Assembly: GCA_947601485.1 (NCBI GenBank)
Contig: CANQGF010000002.1
Coordinates: 1 to 54,208, forward strand
Direction: 5' to 3'
DNA length: 54,208 nt
Source: an uncultured Bacilli bacterium
GTDB taxonomy: Bacteria; Bacillota_I; Bacilli_A; RF39; UBA660
Part shown: positions 37,418 through 48,018 of the stretch, in pieces
Layout: the number at the start of each line of letters is the position of its first letter
How positions within the stretch are numbered: the stretch's first letter is position 1
The notes under the pieces: model-generated
Seen by the model: only the letters and a program-made list of their open reading frames with translations
What the model was told of the DNA's origin: nothing
Databases searched by the model: none
Program-made: the position numbers and the translations under genes

Positions 37418-39544
37418 TTATGCTATAACCTCAACATTTTTAAAACGACTTAATTTATTTTTAAAACGATCTAATTCTTCTTTATCATTAACTTTAACTA
37501 ATAATTCACAAATTGTGCCATTATCAATATCTTTATTTTTAAACTCGGCAATCGTTATTTTTTCTTTCGTAGCAAGAGCAATTAAATCAGCAAGAAAATT
37601 ATTATTATTAACTAACATGGTAATATTAGTATAATAACTATTGTTAGCTAAAGGATTCCAAGAAATATCAATTAATCTTAAATTACTATCTTTAATATTA
37701 GGACAGTTTTTTTTATGAACAGATATACCTTCTCCTTTAGTAATAAAACCTTTGATTTCATCGCCTTTAACTGGCTTGCAACATTTAGCTAAGTTGTACA
37801 TGATATTAGTATTGCCATCAACTATAATATCGTCATTTGATTTAATAATATTTGTATTTGGTTTTAATTTTTCTATTAAAATATCATCAATATTATGCTT
37901 ATCTTCACTGCTTAAATTAATTATATATCCTGCTGTATATCTTAAAGAGCCGATTGATAAATATAAATCTTCTAAATTATTTAATTTTAAATCTTTAAGA
38001 ATTTTACTTAAATTTTTATCATTAATAACATCACTATAACCTAGCTTTCTTTTTCTAATTTCTTTTTCTAATATATTTTTACCTTTAGCTATGATTTCTT
38101 CTCGATCTTTTTTACTAAAGAAAGCTTTAATTTTAGCTTTAGCTTGTTCGGTTTTGACAAAACTTAACCAATCATTACTTGGAACAGCATCTTTATTAGT
38201 AATAATTTTAACAACATCGTTATTTTGTAATTCATATGATAAAGGAACAATATTGTCATTAACAATAGCTCCGACTGTTGTATCGCCAACTTTACTATGA
38301 ATACGGTAGGCAAAATCGATTGGTGTAGCATCTTTTGGAAGTTCAATTACATCTCCTTTAGGAGTATAAACATAAATAAGTTCCCCTAAAATGTTACTAT
38401 GCATTGTCATTTCAAAAGAGTCATCGTTTTCATCACTGGCAGACTCAATGATATTACGAAATAATTCTAGTTTTTGTTCCATAATTGCTTGGATTTTTTT
38501 TACACCATGTTCCTTATAAGACCAATGGGATGCAATACCTTTTTCATCAATTTCATCCATTTCATATGTTCTAACTTGAATTTCATAAAATTTACCATCA
38601 TCTCCAAAGACAGTGGTATGTAAACTTTGATACATATTTTCTTTAGGATTAGCAACATAATCTTTAAATCTTTTGGGAACAGGACGATATTTAGAATGAA
38701 TTAAACCTATTACGGTATAACATTCAGTTTCAGTTTTAACAAAAACTCGTAACGCTAAAATATCATAAATATTATCCCAACTTTTTCCTGATTGTAATTT
38801 ATTATAAATACTATAAATACTTTTAACTCTTCCTTTAATTTCATGAGTTATGCCATTTTCAATTAAAAGATGGGAAATATCTTCTTTCATCTTTTGTAAA
38901 TTGTCATTTAATTCACTGGTAGTGTTATTTAATTTTTCTAAAATATCATTATAAACTTCCGGCTTTAAGATTTGTAAACATAAATTTTCCATTTCACTTT
39001 TAATGGAATTAATCCCTAAACGATGGGCAATCGGAACTAATATATCCATTGTTTCTTTAGCTGTTGCTTTACGACTTTTTTCAGATACGGCAAAACTAGT
39101 TCGCAAATTATGTAAGCGATCAGCTAATTTAATAAATAAAACTCGTGGATCTTCCGATAAACCAACTAAAACTTTTCTTAAATATATTTTAGAATTTTCC
39201 GTTTCATCAGTTAGTTCTAACTTATTAATTTTAGAAACATTTTCTACGATTAAAGCTACATCTTTACCAAATTTTTCTTCGAGAATTTCTTTAGTTGCGG
39301 TATTACCTTTATCGAGTACATCATGGAGAATTGCCGCAATTATGGTGGTATCATCAACATTTAAAGAAGTTAATATAAGAGCAACATGTAAAGGATGCGT
39401 AATATAATCATCACCTGAATGTCTTTTTTTACCAGCATATTCATTACATGCAAAAAGATATGCTTCTTTAATTTTTAGAAGTGTTTCTTCATTAAAATTT
39501 AATTTATCATAAATTGTTTCAAAGTTTATTTCTGTATCTTTCAT
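37418..39544 (-). CDS. relA: bifunctional (p)ppGpp synthetase/hydrolase RelA/SpoT (Rel)
   Basis: HD hydrolase domain (R.SG..YI.HPL.VA.IL, HD..D). The synthetase core is YRPVPKRFKDY.A.PK.N.YQSLHTTV. TGS domain (VYTPKG....LP.GATP.DFAY..H) and C-terminal ACT domain are present. Confidence 0.96.
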   Translation of the reverse strand: MKDTEINFETIYDKLNFNEETLLKIKEAYLFACNEYAGKKRHSGDDYITHPLHVALILTSLNVDDTTIIAAILHDVLDKGNTATKEILEEKFGKDVALIVENVSKINKLELTDETENSKIYLRKVLVGLSEDPRVLFIKLADRLHNLRTSFAVSEKSRKATAKETMDILVPIAHRLGINSIKSEMENLCLQILKPEVYNDILEKLNNTTSELNDNLQKMKEDISHLLIENGITHEIKGRVKSIYSIYNKLQSGKSWDNIYDILALRVFVKTETECYTVIGLIHSKYRPVPKRFKDYVANPKENMYQSLHTTVFGDDGKFYEIQVRTYEMDEIDEKGIASHWSYKEHGVKKIQAIMEQKLELFRNIIESASDENDDSFEMTMHSNILGELIYVYTPKGDVIELPKDATPIDFAYRIHSKVGDTTVGAIVNDNIVPLSYELQNNDVVKIITNKDAVPSNDWLSFVKTEQAKAKIKAFFSKKDREEIIAKGKNILEKEIRKRKLGYSDVINDKNLSKILKDLKLNNLEDLYLSIGSLRYTAGYIINLSSEDKHNIDDILIEKLKPNTNIIKSNDDIIVDGNTNIMYNLAKCCKPVKGDEIKGFITKGEGISVHKKNCPNIKDSNLRLIDISWNPLANNSYYTNITMLVNNNNFLADLIALATKEKITIAEFKNKDIDNGTICELLVKVNDKEELDRFKNKLSRFKNVEVIA

Positions 39545-39796
39545 TTAATCATTCCTATCTTTTCTTATAAATTCTATGTAATCTAAAAGATCTATGTTTA
39601 AAATATCATCCACTAGTTCATAGAGTCTTAAATTACTTTTATTTATCCATTTACATTTAATACAATAATTCCACATATCTATTGGTGAAGCATTATAAAA
39701 TTTGGCTCTTTCCCATTCTCTTATTTTAGTATTAAAAGCTGGAATTAGTCTTATATATAAATCATTTTGACTTATATTATCTTTATAATCTGCCAT
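39545..39796 (-). CDS. small protein, ComN/YrzD-like post-transcriptional regulator (tentative)
   Basis: 83 aa with a W/C-containing core (DMWNYCIKCKW) and a C-terminal DDILNIDLLDYIEF. It lies divergent from a spoVB-like gene, as yrzD/comN does in B. subtilis. Recognised by position and loose motif only. Confidence 0.4.
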   Translation of the reverse strand: MADYKDNISQNDLYIRLIPAFNTKIREWERAKFYNASPIDMWNYCIKCKWINKSNLRLYELVDDILNIDLLDYIEFIRKDRND

Positions 39797-39861
39797 AAAT
39801 AAGACATTCCTTTCATATTATTATTATATAATATTTAATTTGTTTTTTAAAGGATGAACTA

Positions 39862-41166
39862 ATGAAAAATAAAAATAACCTCTTTTTAAAATCAACTATT
39901 ATTTTAATTTTAGGTGGTATTATTACTAAAATTCTCGGATTTATTATTCGCATTATATACACTAGAATTGTTGGTGCAGAAGTTTTAGGATTATATTCTT
40001 TAGTTACACCAACCTATTCTCTTCTTATAACTATTGCCACATTAGCTCTACCCACCACTATTTCTAAATTAGTAGCGGAAGGCAATCATCAAAATGTACG
40101 AATATTATCAACTTCCACTATATTAATAATGAGTATAAATTTTATTGTCGTCATAGTCATGCTTTTATCAGCTAAATTTATTGCTATTAATCTTTTGCAT
40201 GAAGAAAGATGTTATTTACTAATTATTGCAATGAGTTTGACTTTTCCAATTATTTCTATTTCTAGTATTATAAAGGGGTATTTTTATGGTAAACAAAATA
40301 TGATACCTAATGTAGTATCAAATATCATTGAAGAATTAGTAAGAGGTTTACTCATCTATTTTTTAGTTCCTAGTATTATGGCAAAAAGTGATATTTTAGC
40401 AGCGGCTTCATTATTTGTGTTTTCTTTTATTGAAGAAATAGTTTCTATCTTTGTTAATCTATTATTTATTCCTAAAAAAATTAAAATTAAAAGAACAGAT
40501 TTTACGATGGACAAAGGACTATTAAAAAACATTTTAAATATTTCTCTTCCTACGGTTTCATCGCGTATTATTGGTAATATTGGTTATTTTTTTGAGCCAA
40601 TCATTTTAACGGGATTATTAACTTTTAGCGGCTATACCAGCGATTATATAGTTCTTGAATATGGAGCATATAATGCTTATACCATGTCTGTTTTAACTGT
40701 CCCATCTTTTTTTATTACAGCTATATCATCTTCACTAATCCCAGAAATAAGTAAAAATTATTTACGAGGTAACATTAAATCGCTTAAAAAAAGATTGGGT
40801 GAAGCTTTAGGATTTGCACTTTTTATTGGCATTAGTTACTCTCTTATTTTAATGTTTTTTGGCAGTAATATATTAAATATTTTATATAGAACTAACGAAG
40901 GGCTTAATTATATCAAAATATTAGCACCCATATTTCCTTTATTTTATATCGAAGCTATTTTAATGAGTTATTTACAAGCACTTGGTAAAGCTAAAATTAC
41001 AATGACTATCACCATTATTGGGGTCATTATTAAGTTAATAGTATTAGCAATTACCTCTCTTATGCATATTGGTATGTATGCTTTAGTAATAAGTGAAATA
41101 GTTAATATCTTTGTTGTTGTTTTCTTAAACATCTATTTTACAAAAAAGGTATCTAATCGATTATAG
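39862..41166 (+). CDS. MOP-superfamily flippase, SpoVB/MurJ-like polysaccharide biosynthesis protein
   Basis: About 12-14 TM helices. The N-terminus GGIITKILGFIIRIIYTRIVGAEVLGLY is typical of the SpoVB/Wzx-type Polysacc_synt family. Confidence 0.7.
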   Translation: MKNKNNLFLKSTIILILGGIITKILGFIIRIIYTRIVGAEVLGLYSLVTPTYSLLITIATLALPTTISKLVAEGNHQNVRILSTSTILIMSINFIVVIVMLLSAKFIAINLLHEERCYLLIIAMSLTFPIISISSIIKGYFYGKQNMIPNVVSNIIEELVRGLLIYFLVPSIMAKSDILAAASLFVFSFIEEIVSIFVNLLFIPKKIKIKRTDFTMDKGLLKNILNISLPTVSSRIIGNIGYFFEPIILTGLLTFSGYTSDYIVLEYGAYNAYTMSVLTVPSFFITAISSSLIPEISKNYLRGNIKSLKKRLGEALGFALFIGISYSLILMFFGSNILNILYRTNEGLNYIKILAPIFPLFYIEAILMSYLQALGKAKITMTITIIGVIIKLIVLAITSLMHIGMYALVISEIVNIFVVVFLNIYFTKKVSNRL

Positions 41167-42255
41167 ATACCATAGTTTTTTATCATTTTTATATACTTCT
41201 TTAATAAAGCCACAGCCAAGACATTCTTCACCTAAATATAAAACACAAGCTTGTCCTGGCGTCACTGCTTTAACTTTTTCAGGATAATTTACTAATATTT
41301 CATTATTTTCTAAATATGTAAGATTAACCGGATAATCTTCTCCACGATATCTAAATTTAGCAGTACAGTCAGTTGGTCTTTTTTCACTAATAAAATTAAC
41401 ATTTTCAATTAGACATGCATCACTATATAAATATTCTTCATCACCAATAGTAACATACAAAATATTTTTTGCCACATCTTTACCACATACAAAATGACGT
41501 TCAGTATTTCCAGAAATACCTACATTTTTTCTTTGCCCGATTGTATAATTCATTAATCCTTTATGGCGACCAATTATTTTTTTAGTTTGAACATCTATAA
41601 TATCACCAGGATTTTCTTCTAAATAATTTTTAATAAATTTTTGAAAATTTCTTTCGCCAATAAAACAAATACCCGTCGAATCTTTTTTATCCGCTACGAC
41701 TAAACCTTCATCTAAAGCTATTTTTCTAACTTCACTTTTAAGTAAATCTCCAATAGGAAATAAAACATCTTTTAATTCTTCAGTAGTAATATCAGCTAAA
41801 AAATAAGTTTGATCTTTATTAGCGTCCTTTGCTCGTAATAAATGATTATTATCTACTCTAGCATAGTGCCCAGTTGCAATATAATCTGCCCCTAATTTTT
41901 GAGCTTCTTTTTTAAATAAGTCAAACTTAATATATTTATTACATAGCATATCAGGATTTGGTGTTCTTCCTTTTTTAAGTTCTTCTAAAAAATATTTAAA
42001 AACATAATCCCAATATTCTTTAATAAAGTCTACTCGATAAAGAGGAATATCTAATTTTTTACAAACTAATAAGGCATCATTATAATCTCTTTCTTGAGGA
42101 CAAATAATATCATCATTTTGAAAATCTTCGCCATTAATTGTACTATCCCAATTTCGCATAAAAAGAGCTTTGACATTATAACCTTGCTTTTTCAAAAGAT
42201 AAGCCGCAACCGCACTATCAACGCCACCACTCATGCCAACAACTACACATTTCAT
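41161..42255 (-). CDS. mnmA: tRNA 2-thiouridine(34) synthase MnmA
   Basis: PP-loop VVGMSGGVDSAVAA, NPD..CN..IKF, ATGHYAR, DQTYFL. Confidence 0.95.
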   Translation of the reverse strand: MKCVVVGMSGGVDSAVAAYLLKKQGYNVKALFMRNWDSTINGEDFQNDDIICPQERDYNDALLVCKKLDIPLYRVDFIKEYWDYVFKYFLEELKKGRTPNPDMLCNKYIKFDLFKKEAQKLGADYIATGHYARVDNNHLLRAKDANKDQTYFLADITTEELKDVLFPIGDLLKSEVRKIALDEGLVVADKKDSTGICFIGERNFQKFIKNYLEENPGDIIDVQTKKIIGRHKGLMNYTIGQRKNVGISGNTERHFVCGKDVAKNILYVTIGDEEYLYSDACLIENVNFISEKRPTDCTAKFRYRGEDYPVNLTYLENNEILVNYPEKVKAVTPGQACVLYLGEECLGCGFIKEVYKNDKKLWYL

Positions 42256-42292
42256 TTTAAATCACCCACTAAATTCCTATATTTTACCTAAT

Positions 42293-43267
42293 TTATAAGC
42301 ATAAATCAATCACATAACTAATTAAAGCTACATCTTTATTAAGGTTTCCACTTTTTATTTTATAATCAATGGTACTTAATTTAATAATTTCCTTTTTTAT
42401 TTCATCTTTGCGATATTTTTTTAAATTATTTTGTACTTTATCAAACATCCAATCTGCAAGATGCAAATTACTTAATATTTCTTTAGTACTACAATTATTT
42501 TCTTGATAAAGAATGGTTAAAAGCATAAGTTTAAATTCACGATAAATAAGGGCAATAATAACTGATGGCTCAACTTTGAATATTTTAAGTTCATTAATAA
42601 GTTTTAAAGAATTATCTAAATCTCTTGAAATAATACTATCAACTAATTTAAAATTATTTTCTTCTAAAGTTTTGCTAGTTAAAGCTAAAACATCTTCATA
42701 TTTAATATCACATGGTTTACTATAATATAACATAATTTTTTTAAGTTCATTATATGCTAAATCAAAATTGTTATCTGAATTATTAATAATATGCCAAAGT
42801 GATTTATCTAAAATACTATACTTATTTTCTTTACAAATTTTAAATAGTTCATTTTTCATATCAGTTTTAGTCATACTTGGGCTTATCAAAACATGTTCAT
42901 TGTCTAATAAATATTTATATAATTTCTTTTTACTATCCACTTTACCATTCAAAACAAAAATTAATTTAGTATTTTTGTTCTCTTCTTCTAAATATTTAAG
43001 AATTTTTTCACATATTTCAGTATTTTTTTTCGAATCGTTAGTTTTACTTGCTAAAAAGAAACGAGCATTTTTAACTATTACACATTTTTCTTCATCAAAC
43101 ATTGAAAAATAAGAAGCTTCGGTTAATACATCATCAATACTATTTTCATCCATATTAAAAGTAACAATATTTTTAATATCGCCTTTTAAATCATTTAAAA
43201 ATTTATCAGTATAATAAATTGTCTCACTAACTACTAAATATGTATTCATACAATAAAATAATATCAT
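42293..43267 (-). CDS. holA: DNA polymerase III subunit delta
   Basis: ~320 aa helical clamp-loader fold. It is in the position comEA-comEC-holA, as in Bacillus. The C-terminal domain pattern L.......L..EL.KI. is loose. The start is probably the internal MNTYL. Confidence 0.65.
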   Translation of the reverse strand: MILFYCMNTYLVVSETIYYTDKFLNDLKGDIKNIVTFNMDENSIDDVLTEASYFSMFDEEKCVIVKNARFFLASKTNDSKKNTEICEKILKYLEEENKNTKLIFVLNGKVDSKKKLYKYLLDNEHVLISPSMTKTDMKNELFKICKENKYSILDKSLWHIINNSDNNFDLAYNELKKIMLYYSKPCDIKYEDVLALTSKTLEENNFKLVDSIISRDLDNSLKLINELKIFKVEPSVIIALIYREFKLMLLTILYQENNCSTKEILSNLHLADWMFDKVQNNLKKYRKDEIKKEIIKLSTIDYKIKSGNLNKDVALISYVIDLCL

Positions 43268-43270
43268 ATT

Positions 43271-43310
43271 TTAAAAGCATTTAAAAGAGTAAAGCCTTAA
43301 GTCTTTACTC
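43271..43310 (-). terminator. possible attenuating terminator between comEC and holA
   Basis: On the minus strand, a GAGTAAAG-8 nt-CTTTACTC hairpin is followed by TTTTAAATGCTTTT. Confidence 0.4.
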
Positions 43311-43343
43311 AATCTATATAAACATTATATAATGTATTATATT

Positions 43344-45359
43344 TTATGGCTTATACTCTTTAATGGAATGTTCATTTGCATTAATTTTTAATCTAATCGA
43401 TCCACTTGTTTGCGTATTTAAATACTTAATATTTAAATTATTCAATGTATTTAACGTTTCTTTAGAGGGATGATGATAGATATTTTCTCTACCACTTGAA
43501 ATAATAGCTAAAGAAGGATTAATCTCTTTTAAAAAATTATAATCACTTGATGTATTACTTCCATGATGTGCTATCTTTACAATATCAGTCTTAATATTAT
43601 ATGTTTTAATTAATTGTTGTTCTACTTCTTTAGTTGTATCCCCTAAATAAAGTAATTTATAATTTAAGATATTAAAATAAGTAATAATACTACTGCTATT
43701 TTCATCACTAAATCCATAATCTTTAAGATTTATAAAATTAAAATAAGTACTTTGATAATTGTTTACAACATGGCCTTTTAGAATAATTTCTTTTTCTAAC
43801 TCATTATAACTATTATTATTTAGGATAATGTTTTTTATCGTATATTTATCTAATAAATTCAGTGTTTCTTTAGCATGATCGGCATCACCATGAGAAAGAA
43901 TAAGTAAATCAATCTTTTTAATCCCCAAACTTTTTAAAAATAAAATAACATTATCAGATACATGATAATCATTGTAATCATTACCGCCTGTATCAATCAT
44001 TAATACTTCCCTTTTATAAGGACTTATTAAGATGCTTGAATCACCTTGGCCAACGTCTAAAAAATAAACATAATAATTACTGTCAAATTTAGGTATTAAA
44101 TAATTAATAATTAGAATTAATACTAATAAAATATAATATTTTTTAGCTTTAAAACGGTATATTAAATAAATACTAAAATAATAAATTATAATAACTATTA
44201 TAGAAAATTGAGGAATAATAATATTTAATTTTAAATTATAAAAATATGTATTAGATAGTTCTAATAGATTAATTAAGATACTATAAAAAGGGCTTAAAAA
44301 TGAAAAGATAAAGGTGATGATTGAACAAGGAAATAAAATAAGGGAAATAAATGGTACAAAGATAATATTTAATAAAATACTTAAAAGATTAATTTCATAA
44401 TTTAAATTGATAGTAATTGGTAAACTTACTAATAACGCAATAAGACTAATTTTTAATATTTTAACTAAATAATTGCCAGTTATTTTATTACTTGCCATAA
44501 TTAAAGCAAAAGAGATTAAAAAAGAATATTGAAACCCAACATTATAAATCATAAATGGATTAACAATTAAAATTAATGAAGCACATAAAATTAAAATATT
44601 TTCATTTGTTATATTAATATTAAAGTACGAAAAAATAGTTTTTAGAAAATAAAATAAAACCACACGCAAAACTGAAGCTGAATAATTAGTTAAAAAAGTA
44701 AAGAAACCAAGAAAAAAAGATGTAATTACTTTTTTAAAACGAAATTTCTTTAAAAAGAAATCAAAAAAGGAAATAATAAAACCTACATGCATTCCAGAAA
44801 TGGCAAATAAATGCCATATACCATTAGTTTTATAGATGTTATATAAATTATCGTTTAAATCATCTTTATTACCAGTAATAAATAATTTTATATAAGGCTT
44901 AATTATGTCATTAAAATTATCAATTCTATCATTTATTTTATTTTTAAGATGATAAAAAACATTTTCTTCTTTTAAGATTTCTAATTTATTTACTTCGTAC
45001 GTCAGATAAATCTTATTATTATATAAATAATTTTTATAATTAAAAGTATTTGGAATAGTATTATTATAAGTTTTTGTTGCCTTCCCTTCTACTCTAATCT
45101 TTTTGCCTAAAAGATCAATTTTATCCACTGTATAATAATTACATTCTATTTTCTCACTACTATTTAGTGTAAATTTTATTCCATAATCTTTATAACTTAC
45201 ATTAGTTACTATCCCTTCAATAGATGAAAAGTTTTTTAAGTTGGTATCATATTTAATAATCTTTGTCGTAACAATAATATAAATAATGGTTAAAATACAT
45301 AAAAAGAAATAAAATTTTTTAAACTGTAATATCGTCTTTAATTTTGTTGTAAGTTGCAT
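43344..45359 (-). CDS. comEC: DNA internalization competence protein ComEC/Rec2
   Basis: N-terminal OB/DUF4131 region. Polytopic competence domain (GI.HLFAISGMHVG). C-terminal metallo-beta-lactamase domain (FLDVGQGDS, SHGDADH, HHGS). Confidence 0.9.
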   Translation of the reverse strand: MQLTTKLKTILQFKKFYFFLCILTIIYIIVTTKIIKYDTNLKNFSSIEGIVTNVSYKDYGIKFTLNSSEKIECNYYTVDKIDLLGKKIRVEGKATKTYNNTIPNTFNYKNYLYNNKIYLTYEVNKLEILKEENVFYHLKNKINDRIDNFNDIIKPYIKLFITGNKDDLNDNLYNIYKTNGIWHLFAISGMHVGFIISFFDFFLKKFRFKKVITSFFLGFFTFLTNYSASVLRVVLFYFLKTIFSYFNINITNENILILCASLILIVNPFMIYNVGFQYSFLISFALIMASNKITGNYLVKILKISLIALLVSLPITINLNYEINLLSILLNIIFVPFISLILFPCSIITFIFSFLSPFYSILINLLELSNTYFYNLKLNIIIPQFSIIVIIIYYFSIYLIYRFKAKKYYILLVLILIINYLIPKFDSNYYVYFLDVGQGDSSILISPYKREVLMIDTGGNDYNDYHVSDNVILFLKSLGIKKIDLLILSHGDADHAKETLNLLDKYTIKNIILNNNSYNELEKEIILKGHVVNNYQSTYFNFINLKDYGFSDENSSSIITYFNILNYKLLYLGDTTKEVEQQLIKTYNIKTDIVKIAHHGSNTSSDYNFLKEINPSLAIISSGRENIYHHPSKETLNTLNNLNIKYLNTQTSGSIRLKINANEHSIKEYKP

Positions 45360-46062
45360 CTTTTATTCCATTAACTTTTTTAATATCTTCAATTTTTTTA
45401 AAAAGGCCATTATTTTCACGATAATTAATTATATCTTTAGCTTTACTTTCACCAATACCCGTAAGGGTTAAAAGTTCATTAATATTAGCTGTGTTAATAT
45501 TTACTTTACCACTTACACTACTAGCGTTATTTGAATTAGTACTATTATTATTTTGAGTAGAATCTTCACCACTTACAATAATACTACTTTTAGCACTTGT
45601 ACAATTAGATATATCATAAGTTTCGCAATTACAGCTTGTTTGTGTAACTAAATTACTTTTCTTATACTCTTTTTCTGTATAAACATAAATTACTAATTCA
45701 TCATCTAAATGACGACTTAAATTAATATTATCAGTATAAGCATCATCCTTAAAGCCACCAGCCATTACTATTACATCATTAATAATATTATTATCATTTA
45801 CTTCATACACTCCCGGTGTTTTAACAGCGCCTTTTATTTCAACATGATATGTTTTAGGTTCATTTGATGGTAAAACATCATCTTCCTTTTTATCCGTTAC
45901 TTCCTCTTTACTTTCAAGTAAAGGCATATCTAGACATTCACACTTATTATTAATAACTTTAAATAATAGTATTGAGGTGCATATTAAAAGAATTATATTT
46001 AATAAAATACTAACTATTAAAATTATTAATTTGTTATTTTTTAAGAATATCAAAAAATCCAT
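45319..46062 (-). CDS. comEA: competence protein ComEA (SLBB plus helix-hairpin-helix DNA receptor)
   Basis: N-terminal TM helix. SLBB region V.I.GAVK.PGVYE. C-terminus is VNINTA...EL..L.GIG..KA..II.YR..NG.F..IEDI..V.GI. Confidence 0.88.
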   Translation of the reverse strand: MDFLIFLKNNKLIILIVSILLNIILLICTSILLFKVINNKCECLDMPLLESKEEVTDKKEDDVLPSNEPKTYHVEIKGAVKTPGVYEVNDNNIINDVIVMAGGFKDDAYTDNINLSRHLDDELVIYVYTEKEYKKSNLVTQTSCNCETYDISNCTSAKSSIIVSGEDSTQNNNSTNSNNASSVSGKVNINTANINELLTLTGIGESKAKDIINYRENNGLFKKIEDIKKVNGIKDATYNKIKDDITV

Positions 46063-46132
46063 AATTTTCCTCCTTTCACTATATATATTGTCGGAATTTT
46101 ATGGATTTCCTTTTTTTAAAGAAAAATTTTTA

Positions 46133-47299
46133 TTAATTTGTTAATTTTTTCATTTCTAAATTAAATTTGGTATCTTTATTTTCAATTGCTACTCTTTCAG
46201 TTAGAAAAATCATTCCAATAAAATTAAGTGTCGATGACCCACCATAACTCATTAAAGGAAGAGGCACTCCGGTAAGAGGAATCAAAGCTAAAACACCACA
46301 TAAGTTAATTATAATATGGAAAACTAATAACCAAAATGTTCCATAGGCAATAATTGAATTACGTAAATTATAAGCTTCTTTAGCAATTTTTAAGATACGA
46401 TATAATAGAAAAATATATAAAAGTAAAACAATAATACCCACACCTAAACCTAATTCTTCAATTAAAATAGGATAGATAAAATCGGTATGACTTTCTGGTA
46501 AATATAAATATTTTTGAGTACTATTTCCAATACCTACACCTAGTATTCCACCATTATTAATAGCAATAAAACCATTGCATACTTGATAACCACTTTCTTC
46601 AGTATATCTTTGACAAGGATTACGAAAATTAAAACGGCTCATTTGGTCACTATTTAAAATATTGGTACCACTATAAAGTAAAACTAAAACTACAATAATT
46701 GCAAGAATTCCTAAAATAAGAATAATCTTTGGCAAATTGCTTTTTTCCATGGGAATACTAATAAAAATACAAAAACCAATCGCTAATAAAATCATCGCAC
46801 TACCAAAATCAGGTTGCATAGCAATAAGAATACCAATAATAAAAGTAATAGCTAAAGGAATTAAATATAATAAAATATTACTAGGTTTCTTTTTTATTAA
46901 TTTGCTATAATACATTGCCATAAATAAGATTAAAAAAGATTTCGCAAATTCACTTGGTTGAATAGCTAGTCCTGTATGAGGAATATAAAACCAACTTTGA
47001 ACGTGGTTTGTAATTTCACCATAAATAAGTAATGATGCTAAAACAAAAATAATACCTATTATTAAAAGCCAAGATATTTTTTCATAACGTTTAGTTTTAA
47101 TAAACAAAATGATAAATCCACCGATAAAACCAGCACTTAAAAAGATAAGTTGCCTAATAAAAAAATAAGTAATACTTTTATTATAACGATGAATCGCTGC
47201 GATAGATGAAGCCGAAAACACCATTAAAAGACCGATACTACATAAAATAATCGTCACTATTAATAAAGGTTTATCAATCTTCGATAATGTTTTTTTCAT
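46133..47299 (-). CDS. SEDS-family peptidoglycan glycosyltransferase (FtsW/RodA/SpoVE)
   Basis: 10-TM protein with QPSEF.K, the conserved E.HTDFI block, and G..P.TG.PLP..SYGGSS. Confidence 0.88.
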   Translation of the reverse strand: MKKTLSKIDKPLLIVTIILCSIGLLMVFSASSIAAIHRYNKSITYFFIRQLIFLSAGFIGGFIILFIKTKRYEKISWLLIIGIIFVLASLLIYGEITNHVQSWFYIPHTGLAIQPSEFAKSFLILFMAMYYSKLIKKKPSNILLYLIPLAITFIIGILIAMQPDFGSAMILLAIGFCIFISIPMEKSNLPKIILILGILAIIVVLVLLYSGTNILNSDQMSRFNFRNPCQRYTEESGYQVCNGFIAINNGGILGVGIGNSTQKYLYLPESHTDFIYPILIEELGLGVGIIVLLLYIFLLYRILKIAKEAYNLRNSIIAYGTFWLLVFHIIINLCGVLALIPLTGVPLPLMSYGGSSTLNFIGMIFLTERVAIENKDTKFNLEMKKLTN

Positions 47300-47420
47300 A
47301 TTTCCACCTTATAATTATCATACCACAGAAAACAAAATATCTAAATAAATTATGAATTTTTTTATGTCAAAATATGACTAAGAATAATAAAATATAGTAG
47401 ATACATAAAGGAGGTATAAT

Positions 47421-47618
47421 ATGTATTATTACGGAAATAATGGTTACTATGGTGGTAACTATGCTGGTACTCCTTGTTGTGGTGGCGGTAACTATGCAGG
47501 ATATACAAGCGGTTATGGTATAGGAGCTGCAATATGGATTGTATTATTTATCTTATTAGTAATAATTATTGGAGCAGGATTCTTTACAGGTAATAATAAC
47601 AATAATTACAATAATTAG
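47421..47618 (+). CDS. YjcZ-family-like tiny transmembrane protein with Gly/Tyr/Asn-rich termini
   Basis: AAAGGAGGT RBS. The core GIGAAIWIVLFILLVIIIGAGFF matches the tiny_TM_bacill/YjcZ pattern (G.GfaLIVVLFILLIIVGa). The N-terminus is YYYGNNGYYGGNYAG with a CC pair. The C-terminus is GNNNNNYNN. Confidence 0.5.
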   Translation: MYYYGNNGYYGGNYAGTPCCGGGNYAGYTSGYGIGAAIWIVLFILLVIIIGAGFFTGNNNNNYNN

Positions 47619-47640
47619 GAAGCTAGTCTTCCTTTTTATT
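47617..47640. terminator. bidirectional hairpin terminator
   Basis: AGGAAG-CTAGT-CTTCCT followed by TTTTTATT. It overlaps the stop codons of both convergent genes. Confidence 0.6.
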
Positions 47641-47835
47641 TGCATTTATTTTTCTTAATTTTGAGTCTATTCTATCTCTTAATTTATTTATTAATTCAGT
47701 GTAAGCAACATTTATTGCACGATCAAAACATTCTATATCATAATCATTTATGTATTTTATTAAAAATGTTTCTACAAATAAGTCACTAAAATTAGTAGTA
47801 AATTCATCAATCATTTTTTTGATTTCTTTATTCAT
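47623..47835 (-). CDS. hypothetical small helical protein
   Basis: Track ORF, 70 aa, with GAGGGAG RBS upstream. No family recognised. Confidence 0.45.
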   Translation of the reverse strand: MNKEIKKMIDEFTTNFSDLFVETFLIKYINDYDIECFDRAINVAYTELINKLRDRIDSKLRKINANKKED

Positions 47836-47970
47836 TTTTTTCTCCCTCTACTATTTATATACGACTTATTTTGTTCATTTCCTTTTAAAATATTTAGAAA
47901 ATTAAAAAATTCTTCTTAAATCTTATTTTAATAATACTTTTTTAAAGTTTGTATTGCCATATAACCACTC

Positions 47971-47999
47971 TTGATTTTTAATTTAAAGTTTTCTATAAT
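47971..47999 (+). promoter_or_regulatory. sigma-A promoter (TTGATT-17 nt-TATAAT)
   Basis: TTGATT at 47971-47976 and TATAAT at 47994-47999, 19 nt before ATG 48019. Confidence 0.55.
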
Positions 48000-48018
48000 A
48001 AACCTTTAAGAGGTATAT

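Noticed and set aside
37752-39407. Track ORFs inside relA (37752..38039, 38091..38300, 39003..39407 antisense; 38164..38346 same strand, different frame)
   Set aside because: They are entirely contained in a well-supported 708-aa Rel gene. Their peptides are low-complexity Leu/Ser/Ile-rich, as is typical of off-frame or antisense readings of AT-rich coding DNA. They have no RBS.
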